Origin: Candidatus Cloacimonadales bacterium
GTDB lineage: Bacteria; Cloacimonadota; Cloacimonadia; Cloacimonadales; JAFGVF01
Assembly: GCA_963678315.1 (NCBI GenBank)
Contig: OY782781.1
Location: forward strand, 1,024,001-1,088,000
DNA: 64,000 bases
Direction: 5' to 3'
The translations under genes and the position numbers were made by a program. Shown piece by piece: positions 41,319 through 51,243 of the stretch (positions are counted from its first letter, which is position 1; each line of letters starts with the position of its first letter). A model generated the notes under the pieces. The model was given only the letters and a program-made list of their open reading frames with translations, searched no databases and had not been told where the DNA came from.

Positions 41319-42989
41319 CAGACTGCTGACAAAGTAGAAAAAAGGTGTTTACAGCCAATTTTAGTTTTCATCTGATAGTTGATAGATTTTTTAGTATTGG
41401 TGATGATATTGTTGCATAAGTTCACTATGGGAGACAATATACCCAAAATAATCAAAAAATTTGAGTATTTTTGTTAAAATAGAACCCTTTTTTAGCTTTT
41501 TATTGATTCTCTTAAAGTATTTAACTAATTTTACTAAATTTTGAGTACAAGCTGTCATTAGAGCTTGTTCTTTAACTTTTTCAAGTCCTCTATATCGTGC
41601 ATATCGATATCCATGATTTTGTTTTGCATTAGCAAAACTCCTCTCAATTGTCTCTTTTCGGCGCTTATAAATTTGTTTACCACAGAATGTTAAACGATTC
41701 ATATTTATCTGGTCTTTATATTTTTCCCAGACATGCCGATTTAGTACTTTCCTCCTTGTTTTATTTGAAGTACATTTAGATAAATGAGGACAGTTTTTAC
41801 AGTCTTCAGCATTTGATACGTATTCTTTGTAGCCCTCTCTTCTTGTTGTTTTGTAATGTAATAATTTGTTATTTGGACAAATATATTGGTCGTTGACTGA
41901 GTCAAATTTGAATTTATTCTTGCTGAAAAATCCTTTTTTATGGCTACCTCTTTTGTACCCTATTACCCCCATTATTCCTTTTTCACATAAAAAACGACAA
42001 TTATCTACAGTATTATACCCAGCATCTAAGCCTACAGCTATAACATTAAAATTAAACCTTTCAATCTGCCGAAGAAGACGAGATTTATATACCACTGCAT
42101 CATTTATATTCCCAGGTGTTATAAATACATCTGTTATAAAATTACATTTAGGATCCGTTGTCCTATGGTCTAAATAAAAGAAGCCTTGTGGTTTGCGGTC
42201 TCGTGCCATAAAACCACTGTCTGGATCTGTTGTGCTGGATTTAATTGTCTTGGTTTCTTCCTGTGGTTCCTTAGGAGGAAGTGGTTTTATATTGTGTTTT
42301 TTTCTGTCTTCTGCGACTGCTTCATCCAAATCTTTAATATATTCTTTTGTAGTTCTTTTTACTACAATTTTTATGAACTTATTCTTATTCGCATTAGCTT
42401 TTATATGGGTTGAGTCTGTATATAAAATTTTCCCATTAACTAAACCATTTTCAATGCCTAACTTAACAATATTATCAAAAATCTCTTGAAATAAATCATT
42501 ATTAGCAAATCGTCTTTTACGAGTTTTACTTATAATTGAATGGTGAGGAATTTTATCATTAAATCCGAACCCTAAAAACCATCTATATGCAAGATTAACT
42601 TGTATTTCTTTAAATATTTGACGTTCTGATTTAATACCAAAGAGATAACCTATTAATATTATTTTAAAAAGAGTTATTGGATTAATAGCAGGTCTGCCAA
42701 AAGTCTCATTGTATGTGTCTTTCATTATATCATAAACGAAAGAGAAATCTATATATTCATCAAAAAACCTAAGGATATGATCGTCTGGAACCTGTTCTTC
42801 TAAATTTACAAGCTCAAATTCGTATTGTTTTCTATATTCTTCTTTAATCATTTTACCACCTCTAATTATATGCCTATCATATAATAAGGAGTAATATTGT
42901 CAAGTCTATTTGTGCTTTTTCTGGGTTGTTTAGTACAGAAAAAACATACGAAAATCACACATTGATTACATGACTTTGTCAGCAGTCTG
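41319..42989 (-). mobile_element. IS1182-family insertion sequence (1671 bp)
   Basis: Perfect 17-bp TIR CAGACTGCTGACAAAGT (41319-41335 / 42973-42989); flanked by the 20-bp direct repeat AGACGAACGGATGTTCGTCT. Confidence 0.9.
41391..42851 (-). CDS. IS1182-family DDE transposase
   Basis: GRPAINP..LFKI.LIGYLFGIKSER, YRWFLG, DSTHIKANA, STTDPDSG, LDAGY, YICP..C..C zinc motif, RKETIERSFA.AK. Confidence 0.92.
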   Translation of the reverse strand: MIKEEYRKQYEFELVNLEEQVPDDHILRFFDEYIDFSFVYDIMKDTYNETFGRPAINPITLFKIILIGYLFGIKSERQIFKEIQVNLAYRWFLGFGFNDKIPHHSIISKTRKRRFANNDLFQEIFDNIVKLGIENGLVNGKILYTDSTHIKANANKNKFIKIVVKRTTKEYIKDLDEAVAEDRKKHNIKPLPPKEPQEETKTIKSSTTDPDSGFMARDRKPQGFFYLDHRTTDPKCNFITDVFITPGNINDAVVYKSRLLRQIERFNFNVIAVGLDAGYNTVDNCRFLCEKGIMGVIGYKRGSHKKGFFSKNKFKFDSVNDQYICPNNKLLHYKTTRREGYKEYVSNAEDCKNCPHLSKCTSNKTRRKVLNRHVWEKYKDQINMNRLTFCGKQIYKRRKETIERSFANAKQNHGYRYARYRGLEKVKEQALMTACTQNLVKLVKYFKRINKKLKKGSILTKILKFFDYFGYIVSHSELMQQYHHQY

Positions 42990-43347
42990 AGACGAACGGA
43001 TGTTCGTCTATATGATAATGCTAATTGCCATAGTTTATTAAATTATCTTTATTCGTACATTTCCATGTACTTCATGATACACACGTCTGTGTGTATCTAC
43101 GGAAAAGGGGGTATGCTATCCTTTTTACAATAAAGCTTTTGCTTAATATCAGTCTTAAAGGGACGCAATATCCAATAGCTTGGGGTTTTAACCTAAATAA
43201 TGTAGCATCTGGGTTCGATTCTAGAGATATATTTAGCTTGTGAAAGATAGTATAAGTCAAACAACTTTAGTAAAAAAACAGAATTTCCTTTACAGATTTT
43301 TATCAAAGTGCTATAATGAAAAAAATAATAATAAAAAAAGGAATACC

Positions 43348-45063
43348 ATGGAGAAAGTATGGGAAATCGGGGGAGAATTATCCCTTAAAGAGAAGAAGTT
43401 CCGAAATGAAATTTCCACAGAACTGAAATGTCCTCGAACGATTGCTGCTCTTCTTATTAAGAAAGGGCTAAATACTAGAGAAGATATTGATGCTTATCTG
43501 AACCCAAAGATTGAAGATATTCATGATCCATTTCTATTTAATGACATGGATAAAGCAGTTGATAGAGTTCTATATGCTATTGACAATAAAGAAAAGATAA
43601 CAATTTATGGGGATTATGATGTTGATGGAACGACATCTACAGCCCTTCTATATCTTGGTTTAACAAAGCTTGGTGGTATTATAGACTATTATATTCCTCA
43701 TAGAATGATAGATGGTTATGGGCTATCTCTTTCAGGCTTAGAGCAGATACAAGAAAACAATACAAAACTAATTATTTCAGTAGATTGTGGGATTAATGCA
43801 ATTGATGAAGTTGAACAGATAAAATCCTATGGAATGGATATTGTAATTACAGACCACCATAATCCTAAAGAAGAGTTACCAAAAGCTTTAGCTATTATTA
43901 ATCCTAAAGTTGAGGGGTGTGGTTATCCATTCAAAAAGCTAGCAGGTGTTGGGGTTGCTTATAAACTTTTAATGGCAATTTTCAAGCGTTTAGGAATAGA
44001 TAATAAAGAGAATATTACCAAGTATTTAGATCTAGTAGCTGTTGGAACTATTGCTGATATTGTACCTTTAGATGGGGAAAACCGAGTTTTCTCTTCATTA
44101 GGGTTAATTCAATTGATTGAGAAGAATAATTATGGACTCAAAGCTCTGATAAATATGGCTAATCTTAATCAAAAGACATTAACTTCTACGGACATAGTTT
44201 TTGGTTTAGCACCTAGAATCAACGCTGCCGGAAGAATGGGTTCTGCTGATATTGCTGTTGAACTTCTTATCTCAAATGACATAATACAATCAAATGAATT
44301 AGCTGAAAATATTGAGAGACAAAATTCTTTGAGACAAAGGGAAGATCAAAAGACTTATCGAGAAGCAATCGAAATTATTGAAAAGAAATACCCTAACATA
44401 GATGATACAGTTTTGATGGTTCTTTCATCTGATAGCTGGCATCAAGGTGTTATTGGCATTGTTGCTTCTAAACTAGTTGAGCAATACAATAAGCCTATAA
44501 TTATGATTTCAGTTAAAGATGGAGTAGGTTCTGGTTCTGGAAGAAGTGTTTCAGACTTTGATTTGTTTAAAGCCCTTACATGTAATGAAGAAGATTTGAT
44601 AAGCTTTGGTGGGCATAAATATGCTGTTGGATTAACTTTATACCAAGAATATATTGATATTTTCGAGAATAAATTAACTGATTACATACGCAAACACATG
44701 ACCCAAACTATTGCACAGCCAATAATAAGTATAGACTCTCATTTAGAATTATACGATATAAATAATACTTTTGTTGATTGGATTGAAAGATTTAGTCCTT
44801 TTGGCTCTGGCAATAAGGTTCCTGTTTTCTATACTGAGAAAGTAGCAGTTTCAACTTATCCCTACGTTGTGGGAAGGAATCATCTTAAACTTAAAGTTAT
44901 TAAAGATGGGGTAGAACTTGATTTAATAGGCTATAACCTTGGAGATTACTTAACCCATATTAGAAAAAATAGTGTCATCGATATTGCTTATTCTGTTGAA
45001 ATTAATACTTTCTTCAAAAAGAAGACAATCCAAGGTAAATTGATTGATATAAAGATTGATTAA
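43348..45063 (+). CDS. recJ: Single-stranded-DNA exonuclease RecJ
   Basis: YGDYDVDG, VDCG, TDHH, LAPRINAAGRM, GSGRS, FGGH; ATG 43348 after AAGGA (track start 43240). Confidence 0.95.
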   Translation: MEKVWEIGGELSLKEKKFRNEISTELKCPRTIAALLIKKGLNTREDIDAYLNPKIEDIHDPFLFNDMDKAVDRVLYAIDNKEKITIYGDYDVDGTTSTALLYLGLTKLGGIIDYYIPHRMIDGYGLSLSGLEQIQENNTKLIISVDCGINAIDEVEQIKSYGMDIVITDHHNPKEELPKALAIINPKVEGCGYPFKKLAGVGVAYKLLMAIFKRLGIDNKENITKYLDLVAVGTIADIVPLDGENRVFSSLGLIQLIEKNNYGLKALINMANLNQKTLTSTDIVFGLAPRINAAGRMGSADIAVELLISNDIIQSNELAENIERQNSLRQREDQKTYREAIEIIEKKYPNIDDTVLMVLSSDSWHQGVIGIVASKLVEQYNKPIIMISVKDGVGSGSGRSVSDFDLFKALTCNEEDLISFGGHKYAVGLTLYQEYIDIFENKLTDYIRKHMTQTIAQPIISIDSHLELYDINNTFVDWIERFSPFGSGNKVPVFYTEKVAVSTYPYVVGRNHLKLKVIKDGVELDLIGYNLGDYLTHIRKNSVIDIAYSVEINTFFKKKTIQGKLIDIKID

Positions 45064-45065
45064 TC

Positions 45066-45902
45066 ATGATAAACAACATTAAATATCTATTATTACTATG
45101 TCTTCTAAGTCTTTGCATAGTTTCTTGTGCTAGCTATAAGAAAACTAATTTACATATTGAAAAAGTTGAACTTCTCGGACTTGTTAATCATGAGATAGAC
45201 TTTTCGGATATAGCTTATGATGAGAGAAGCAAGACTCTTTTTGTTGCAGACAAGCAAAGTAACAAAATTAGCTTATATAAAGATTTCAAATATCAAAATA
45301 AGTTTGGTGGATCTGGTTTTAATAATACACAATTCCAAAGACTGTCAGATATTGCAATAGCTTCTAATGGTAATCTACTTGCTTTAGATGACTTGGATAA
45401 AAGAATAAAGATATATAATACTGATGGTAAGTATTTGAATATAATTGATTTAAAGAAGTTCTCTAATCCAGTTAAATTCAGTATTGATAGAGATGATTTT
45501 TTGTATATCTACGACAACAATCAACAAGAGATAATTGTCTACAATCTATTGAACGACAGTGAATTTATTAGATTCGGAAAGTTTGAGATTGATTTACCAA
45601 TAAATATAGTGATTCATGGGGATTTACTAAGTATTAGAACTTACGACGATGAAACTGATTTCTACACTACAATGGGTGAGTTTGTGCAAGCTGTACCCAA
45701 ACTTGCAGTTCAGGATAGATATGAGAATGTAATAACTCACGAGGGCAGATTTTTAAAAATCAATGGGGATATATATCCCAGTATTGTTTTACCATTACAA
45801 GTAAAATTTATAGATATTAACGGAGATAGCTTGATAATTGCAAGTAGTAATCAAATACAATTATTTAAGCTGAATTATAGAAGATTAGGAGATGATAAAT
45901 AG
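45066..45902 (+). CDS. NHL-repeat/beta-propeller lipoprotein
   Basis: Lipobox-like IVSC; 'KFGGSG....QF..LSDIAIASNGNL..LD...RI' NHL pattern. Confidence 0.65.
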   Translation: MINNIKYLLLLCLLSLCIVSCASYKKTNLHIEKVELLGLVNHEIDFSDIAYDERSKTLFVADKQSNKISLYKDFKYQNKFGGSGFNNTQFQRLSDIAIASNGNLLALDDLDKRIKIYNTDGKYLNIIDLKKFSNPVKFSIDRDDFLYIYDNNQQEIIVYNLLNDSEFIRFGKFEIDLPINIVIHGDLLSIRTYDDETDFYTTMGEFVQAVPKLAVQDRYENVITHEGRFLKINGDIYPSIVLPLQVKFIDINGDSLIIASSNQIQLFKLNYRRLGDDK

Positions 45903-47405
45903 ATGGCTAATAAAAATATAAGCTACTACACATATATTATTTTTGCAGCAATTGCTTTGGGGATTAGTAGGTACTCGTATAGTTTAGGGATATTTGCTTT
46001 CATTGGCTTTATTCCATTGTTTAGATTCTTTGAACAAGCAAAACATAAGACTTTAACTCTTCTCAAAGCAGGTGCAATATTCTCGATAATAAATACTTTA
46101 ATCTCCTATCACTGGGTCGGTGTAGTAACTATTCCGGGTTTAATTGGAATGATTATTCTGTTTGGACTCTACTATTGGGCAAGTTTTGGAATGATAAACT
46201 ATATCTGGAATAAGAACCCTAAGCTAAAATTGTGGGGCTTCATCATGACTTGGATGGCTTTGGAATCATTTACTTTCTTAACTGAATTTAGATTTCCATG
46301 GCTAAACATAGGTTATGCGCTAGTTGATTTTAACTACTTACTACAAATAGCTGATATTGGTGGGGTTTACCTCTTATCTTTCTTAGTCTTGCTAGCAAAT
46401 GTTATTATCTACCAAATTATGCAAGGGAAAAAGCAGTTCATATATGTAATGCTAATACTTGTAACTGTCTGGTTAGGATATGGATATGTAAGGTCTTCTA
46501 ATATAAAGCTAACTAAAGAAGATATTAAAGTAAAAGTTATGCAACCATGTATTCCGGTTGATAAGTTTGATATGGATTTGCAGGATATTCTAAATATTTA
46601 TGATAAACAAGCTTATTATGCTTCATTAGAAGATGTAGATTTGCACATCTGGCCAGAAGCTTCTATGCCAATCTCTATGTTAGATCCTAATTATGCTAAC
46701 GTTAAGGAAGCAGTTAGAGCCATAGCTAAACGCTATAAACTAAATCTCTTCTTAGGTACTATCCATCATGAGAAAGCACCAGAAAACTACTATTTTGACC
46801 AATATAACTATAATACAGCTGTAATGGTGTCTTATCCAGAATTAACATTCTCAGAACCTTACTTCAAAAGAATTTTAGTTCCTGTTGGAGAAAGAATGCC
46901 ATATTTAGACTACTTACCTTTCTTGAGAAACTTAGAGTTTGGTCAAGCAAATTGGGAATTCGGAAAAGAAGCTAAATTCTATCATGTTAAGACTAAACAA
47001 GGTAAAGAATTTACTTATTCTCCACAGATATGTTATGAGATTATCTTTCCAGAAATATCCAATGAAATAGCAAGGCACGATGTTGATTTTATAGTTAATA
47101 TTACTAATGATGCTTGGTTCGGCAATACAGTCGGCACTTTCCAGCATGCTATGATGACAAGGGTGAGAGCTATCGAAACAAGAAAGCCTATCATCAGATG
47201 TGCTAACAATGGACACTCAATGGTTGTATCCCCTAATGGTAAGATTGAGACTTATTCCAAGCTTAACGACTTATCAAATTTCGATGCTCCTGTATTCACA
47301 ACAAGCAGTGAGTCAATCTATGTGAAGTACTTGTATGGAATTAAATATTTCTTCTTTGCAGGCTTATTTATTGTTTTTTTACTTGCCAAGTTTTTGAAAG
47401 TGTAG
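45903..47405 (+). CDS. lnt: Apolipoprotein N-acyltransferase
   Basis: FPW..IGY, WPEA, KRILVP.GE, QICYEIIFP, NITNDAWFG, RAIETR, NNGHS. Confidence 0.93.
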   Translation: MANKNISYYTYIIFAAIALGISRYSYSLGIFAFIGFIPLFRFFEQAKHKTLTLLKAGAIFSIINTLISYHWVGVVTIPGLIGMIILFGLYYWASFGMINYIWNKNPKLKLWGFIMTWMALESFTFLTEFRFPWLNIGYALVDFNYLLQIADIGGVYLLSFLVLLANVIIYQIMQGKKQFIYVMLILVTVWLGYGYVRSSNIKLTKEDIKVKVMQPCIPVDKFDMDLQDILNIYDKQAYYASLEDVDLHIWPEASMPISMLDPNYANVKEAVRAIAKRYKLNLFLGTIHHEKAPENYYFDQYNYNTAVMVSYPELTFSEPYFKRILVPVGERMPYLDYLPFLRNLEFGQANWEFGKEAKFYHVKTKQGKEFTYSPQICYEIIFPEISNEIARHDVDFIVNITNDAWFGNTVGTFQHAMMTRVRAIETRKPIIRCANNGHSMVVSPNGKIETYSKLNDLSNFDAPVFTTSSESIYVKYLYGIKYFFFAGLFIVFLLAKFLKV

Positions 47406-47437
47406 TTAAGTTGGCAAAGTAACATTTTAAGGTGATT

Positions 47438-47791
47438 ATGGAAAAACTATATTATACTATTACAGAAGTAAGTGAATTGCTAGATTTAAAGCCTTACGTC
47501 ATTCGCTATTGGGAAACCGAGTTTCCTCAAATAAAAGGAAGCAGAAGACAAGGACGTAATAGGCGCTATACACCAAATGAAGTTGAGTTTATTAAGCAAC
47601 TTAAAGAGTTGTTACATGAAAAGAAGTTCACTATTAAAGGTGCAAAGCAAAAACTTAAAGAGAAGAAACAGGTAGCTCAAACAGTTGTAACTACTAAGCC
47701 AGCTGTTGATAAACTTGGTAAGTTAAAAGCAATAAAAGAAAAGATTCATTATATCAGCACTTTGGTAGAATCTGCTACTAGTAAATCCTAG
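47438..47791 (+). CDS. MerR-family transcriptional regulator
   Basis: YYTITEVSELLDLKPYVIRYWETEFP HTH, GRNRRY, FTIKGAK. Confidence 0.88.
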   Translation: MEKLYYTITEVSELLDLKPYVIRYWETEFPQIKGSRRQGRNRRYTPNEVEFIKQLKELLHEKKFTIKGAKQKLKEKKQVAQTVVTTKPAVDKLGKLKAIKEKIHYISTLVESATSKS

Positions 47792-47794
47792 TTA

Positions 47795-48415
47795 TTATAC
47801 TAAGAAGTTTAGCAGAGCAAAAAAAGCCATTAGAATCATCATTACCCCTGATGCTTTTCTAATGTTGCGTTGGAACTTCTCGGATACAAACTTCTTGAAG
47901 TGGCTGATAAGGTAAGTCATTCCTATCCACCAAGCTGTAGAACCTAATAATATCCCAATTACTACTGTTGTTACGTCCATTACCCTATTTGAGGCACTAA
48001 TTGACATATGGAATAAGATAAATATCTGTAAGAATACAAATATAGTAGGTGGATTAATTATTGCTAATAAGAAGGTGTTTCTAAACTCATGATGCAGTTT
48101 AGGAGTCTTAGTTTTAACTTCAAAATCACTCTTTTTAAGGATTCTAATCCCTAATAAGGTCAGAACTACGGCAGAAATAATTCTTACCCAAAACTGGTTA
48201 TCTTTAAGGAACTGGTCAATTTGCATTACTCCTAGCGAAGCAATAAAAGCAAATATAGCATCAGCCGAAGCAGATCCCATTCCGGCAGCAAAGCCACTTC
48301 TTTTACCCTTCTCCATTATTCTGTGAAGCGCAAAGAAGGTTATAGGTCCTGAAGGCATTGATGTTACTATACCAGTAATAAATGCCTTAAAAAATAAAAC
48401 GTAATCTATATTCAT
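47795..48415 (-). CDS. LysE-family translocator
   Basis: PSGP, G.RSGF.AGMG.A.AD and 'LAIINP.TI' motifs; hydrophobic. Confidence 0.8.
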   Translation of the reverse strand: MNIDYVLFFKAFITGIVTSMPSGPITFFALHRIMEKGKRSGFAAGMGSASADAIFAFIASLGVMQIDQFLKDNQFWVRIISAVVLTLLGIRILKKSDFEVKTKTPKLHHEFRNTFLLAIINPPTIFVFLQIFILFHMSISASNRVMDVTTVVIGILLGSTAWWIGMTYLISHFKKFVSEKFQRNIRKASGVMMILMAFFALLNFLV

Positions 48416-48636
48416 AATCCAAACTTCTTTCTACTTAATTAAATTCATGCAATACAAAGTTTATATTGTTGTAAAGGTATTTTTGAATAAGTTAATTTAA
48501 CAAACACTATAGATGCGTGATAATAAAGGACTTTACCCTATGTTTAGTTATTGAATTTTACTCTAAGTTATTAATAATCTTGCATAAAAATATTAAAACT
48601 TAAAAGTAGGATTATTATTTGAGGAAATGGTAAGAT

Positions 48637-48924
48637 ATGAAAGTCATTTTAGTGTTTGTAATCGGATTTATCCTAGGTTCTTTTCTTCTTAAGAAGGCTA
48701 AGATCTTTAAAATAAGCTCAATTGCTACAGATTGGAGCTTATATCTTTTATTGTTAGTGCTAGGTATTACAATTGGTGCTAATGATAAGATAGTTAGTAA
48801 CTTCTTTAGCATAGGGTTAAAGAGCTTTCTGTTTGCAATTGCTTCAATTCTTGGTAGTATAGTTTTTATTCTTCCCTTGTATTTAATCTTCAAAAAGAAG
48901 GTAAATCATGAAACAAAGTCTTAA
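48637..48924 (+). CDS. LysO/DUF340-family exporter, N-terminal part
   Basis: Three TM helices, LLLLVLGITIGAN. Confidence 0.65.
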   Translation: MKVILVFVIGFILGSFLLKKAKIFKISSIATDWSLYLLLLVLGITIGANDKIVSNFFSIGLKSFLFAIASILGSIVFILPLYLIFKKKVNHETKS

Positions 48925-49513
48925 GTTCTTAGCTATATTTGCTATCGGAGTTCTTATAGGAATATATATTAAGTTCCCAGAAAGCATAGACTTTGACTTC
49001 ATATCAGAGATTCTTTTGTATATGCTTGTCTTTAGTGTAGGAATATCACTTGCTAAATCAGAAGGAGTCTTTCGGATAATCAAGACCTATCATCTAAAAT
49101 TGTTCTTACTTCCTCTAATGATAATAATAGGCAGCTTAGTTGGCTCTGTATTACTTGGAATGTTCTATCCTGATGTAAACTTAAAACACTCACTGGGCTT
49201 AGGCTCTGGTTTAGGTTATTATAGCTTATCTAGTCTGATGATTTCTCAGTACGGCTTTAAAGAAATATCTGCTATAGCTTTAATGAGCAATATACTACGA
49301 GAACTTATTACCCTGATTACAGCTCCAATAATGATAAAAGTATTTGGACGCTTTGCTCCTATTGCTTCTGCAGGTGCTACTTCTATGGATACTACTCTTG
49401 GAGTTGTTTTGAAGCATACAGGAGAAAAGAATGCAGTAATCTCGATGTTCAATGGTGTTATACTGAGTCTAATGGTGCCTCTATTAATAACCTTAATCTA
49501 TTCCGTTTTGTAA
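48908..49513 (+). CDS. LysO-family lysine exporter, C-terminal part
   Basis: GLGYYSLSS, NILREL, GATSMDTTL motifs. Confidence 0.8.
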   Translation: MKQSLKFLAIFAIGVLIGIYIKFPESIDFDFISEILLYMLVFSVGISLAKSEGVFRIIKTYHLKLFLLPLMIIIGSLVGSVLLGMFYPDVNLKHSLGLGSGLGYYSLSSLMISQYGFKEISAIALMSNILRELITLITAPIMIKVFGRFAPIASAGATSMDTTLGVVLKHTGEKNAVISMFNGVILSLMVPLLITLIYSVL

Positions 49514-49551
49514 TATTATAAACTAGTAAACCCCTATCTTTAAAAGGAAAT

Positions 49552-50184
49552 ATGATGCAAATTAAAAATATAATCTGGGACTTCGATGGAACTCTAATGG
49601 ATACTTATCCGGCAATAGCAAGAACAACCTATAATGTCAGTCAAAAGAATGGAGCTCAAGTAAGTTATGATGATATCTATAGGTTAAGCAAAGTTACTCT
49701 CAAAACAGCACTGCAAGCAATATCTAACGAGTCAGGTAAAACAGTAGAAGAGCTCTTTCAAGAGTATTTGGAAGAATATCCTAATTTCCCAGCAAGCACC
49801 TTAAAGGTATTTCCTATTGTCGAGAATGTGCTTCAATATGTAATCAGTAATGGTGGAAAGAACTATCTAATAACAAATCGAGATAAAGAATCCTTGTATA
49901 ATCACTTAGAAGAGCATAATTTAGACATATACTTCTCTGATATAATTACAGGATCTTGTGGCTTTCCTAGAAAACCAGACCCTTCAGCTTTTTTACACCT
50001 AAAAGCAGAACACAAGTTATCTGGGAAAGATACTATTACGGTAGGGGATAGGTTTATTGATGTTGAAGCAGGTCAGCAGGCTGGTTTTGCAGGCATTATA
50101 TATGACCCAGCAAGTTACATTCCTGAGAGTAAGTTTCAGAAAGTTACTTCTTACGCAGAATTACTAGATTTGCTTAGACTTTAA
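49552..50184 (+). CDS. HAD-IA family hydrolase
   Basis: WDFDGTL.DT, RKPDP, VGDR..DVEAG. Confidence 0.9.
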   Translation: MMQIKNIIWDFDGTLMDTYPAIARTTYNVSQKNGAQVSYDDIYRLSKVTLKTALQAISNESGKTVEELFQEYLEEYPNFPASTLKVFPIVENVLQYVISNGGKNYLITNRDKESLYNHLEEHNLDIYFSDIITGSCGFPRKPDPSAFLHLKAEHKLSGKDTITVGDRFIDVEAGQQAGFAGIIYDPASYIPESKFQKVTSYAELLDLLRL

Positions 50185-51235
50185 TTCTTTCGAGAATCTG
50201 TTCTTCTATTGATTTGTCTGTAGGACTAAGCTCCACTGCTAATACTACATAAGGTATTGGGAAGTCTTGTAGTTGTTTGATTTTCACATAGTCTTTCTCT
50301 GTTATGATTAAGCTGTTAAAGTTTCCTTTTGCATAAGATTTCTTTATCTGCTCAATTATCTCAGGATCATCATAAGCAAAGTGGTCTGTTAGCTTAAAAT
50401 GTTTAGTAAAGACAATGCCGTATTCTCTACAACTTTTCTCAAAGCCTTCTGGATAGCCAATCCCTGACAGAAGTGCATTTCTTCCCTTGTTTAGCTCAGA
50501 TACTTCAACATTCTTGTGCTGAGAATCATATAGAGCAAGTGGCTGATAATTAAACTTAAGAATATCGACTCCTGAATTAAGTAATTGTAGGGGAATATTC
50601 TTATCATCTAGCTGATTCCAGATTAGAAAAGATGCCTTATTCATTGTGCAAGTAAATTCTCTTAGAAGACCTGCTGGTAGAGTGAATCCATTGCCTAATC
50701 CAAAGCCTGAGTTGAATATCAAGAAGTCATAGTCATGCTTCACTTTTAAGTGCTGAAAAGAATCATCTAGTATTACGAAGTCTGTATCAGGATATTCACT
50801 TTCTATCATCTCAAGGGATTTTCTTCTATCTTTCCCTACAATCACAGGAATATTACTAAGCTTCTGGGCTAAGAGTAAAGGCTCATCACCGGCTAGTTTA
50901 GCTTCTTCAAAGACTTCTTTCCCATTGGAAATAAACTTATTGCTATCTTCATAAGCACCTTTATAGCCTCTATGTGATACGATTATCTTGAATCCCTTTC
51001 TTGTAAGCAAATTAGCTAAGAATATGGTAAAAGGGGTTTTCCCTGCTCCACCACTCACAATATTTCCAACAGAAATTATTTTAATATCTGATTTGTATGA
51101 TTTAAACAATCCCAGCGTGTAAAATACTCTTCTAATATACTGCACACTTCCATAGCCTATCCCAAGGGGGGCTAGCAAGTATGACAATATAGATCTTTTT
51201 CGAAGATGCTTATCGATTAGTTTTTGAAGGTCCAA
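50174..51235 (-). CDS. lpxK: Tetraacyldisaccharide 4'-kinase
   Basis: VGNIVSGGAGKTP, RGY, GDEP.LLA, LDDSFQH, LPAG.LRE, TEKD.VK. Confidence 0.92.
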   Translation of the reverse strand: MDLQKLIDKHLRKRSILSYLLAPLGIGYGSVQYIRRVFYTLGLFKSYKSDIKIISVGNIVSGGAGKTPFTIFLANLLTRKGFKIIVSHRGYKGAYEDSNKFISNGKEVFEEAKLAGDEPLLLAQKLSNIPVIVGKDRRKSLEMIESEYPDTDFVILDDSFQHLKVKHDYDFLIFNSGFGLGNGFTLPAGLLREFTCTMNKASFLIWNQLDDKNIPLQLLNSGVDILKFNYQPLALYDSQHKNVEVSELNKGRNALLSGIGYPEGFEKSCREYGIVFTKHFKLTDHFAYDDPEIIEQIKKSYAKGNFNSLIITEKDYVKIKQLQDFPIPYVVLAVELSPTDKSIEEQILERIKV

Positions 51236-51243
51236 TCTTACTC

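Noticed and set aside
43201..43230. GGGTTCGATTC as a tRNA T-arm
   Set aside because: No acceptor, D or anticodon arms can be built around it.
43072..43347. ORF 43072-43260 and the 36-codon N-terminal extension of recJ
   Set aside because: The region is repeat or promoter-like DNA, and a good RBS precedes ATG 43348.
48637..49513. Split LysO as a frameshifted pseudogene
   Set aside because: Each ORF has its own start and RBS-like sequence, and two-gene LysO/DUF340 arrangements are known.
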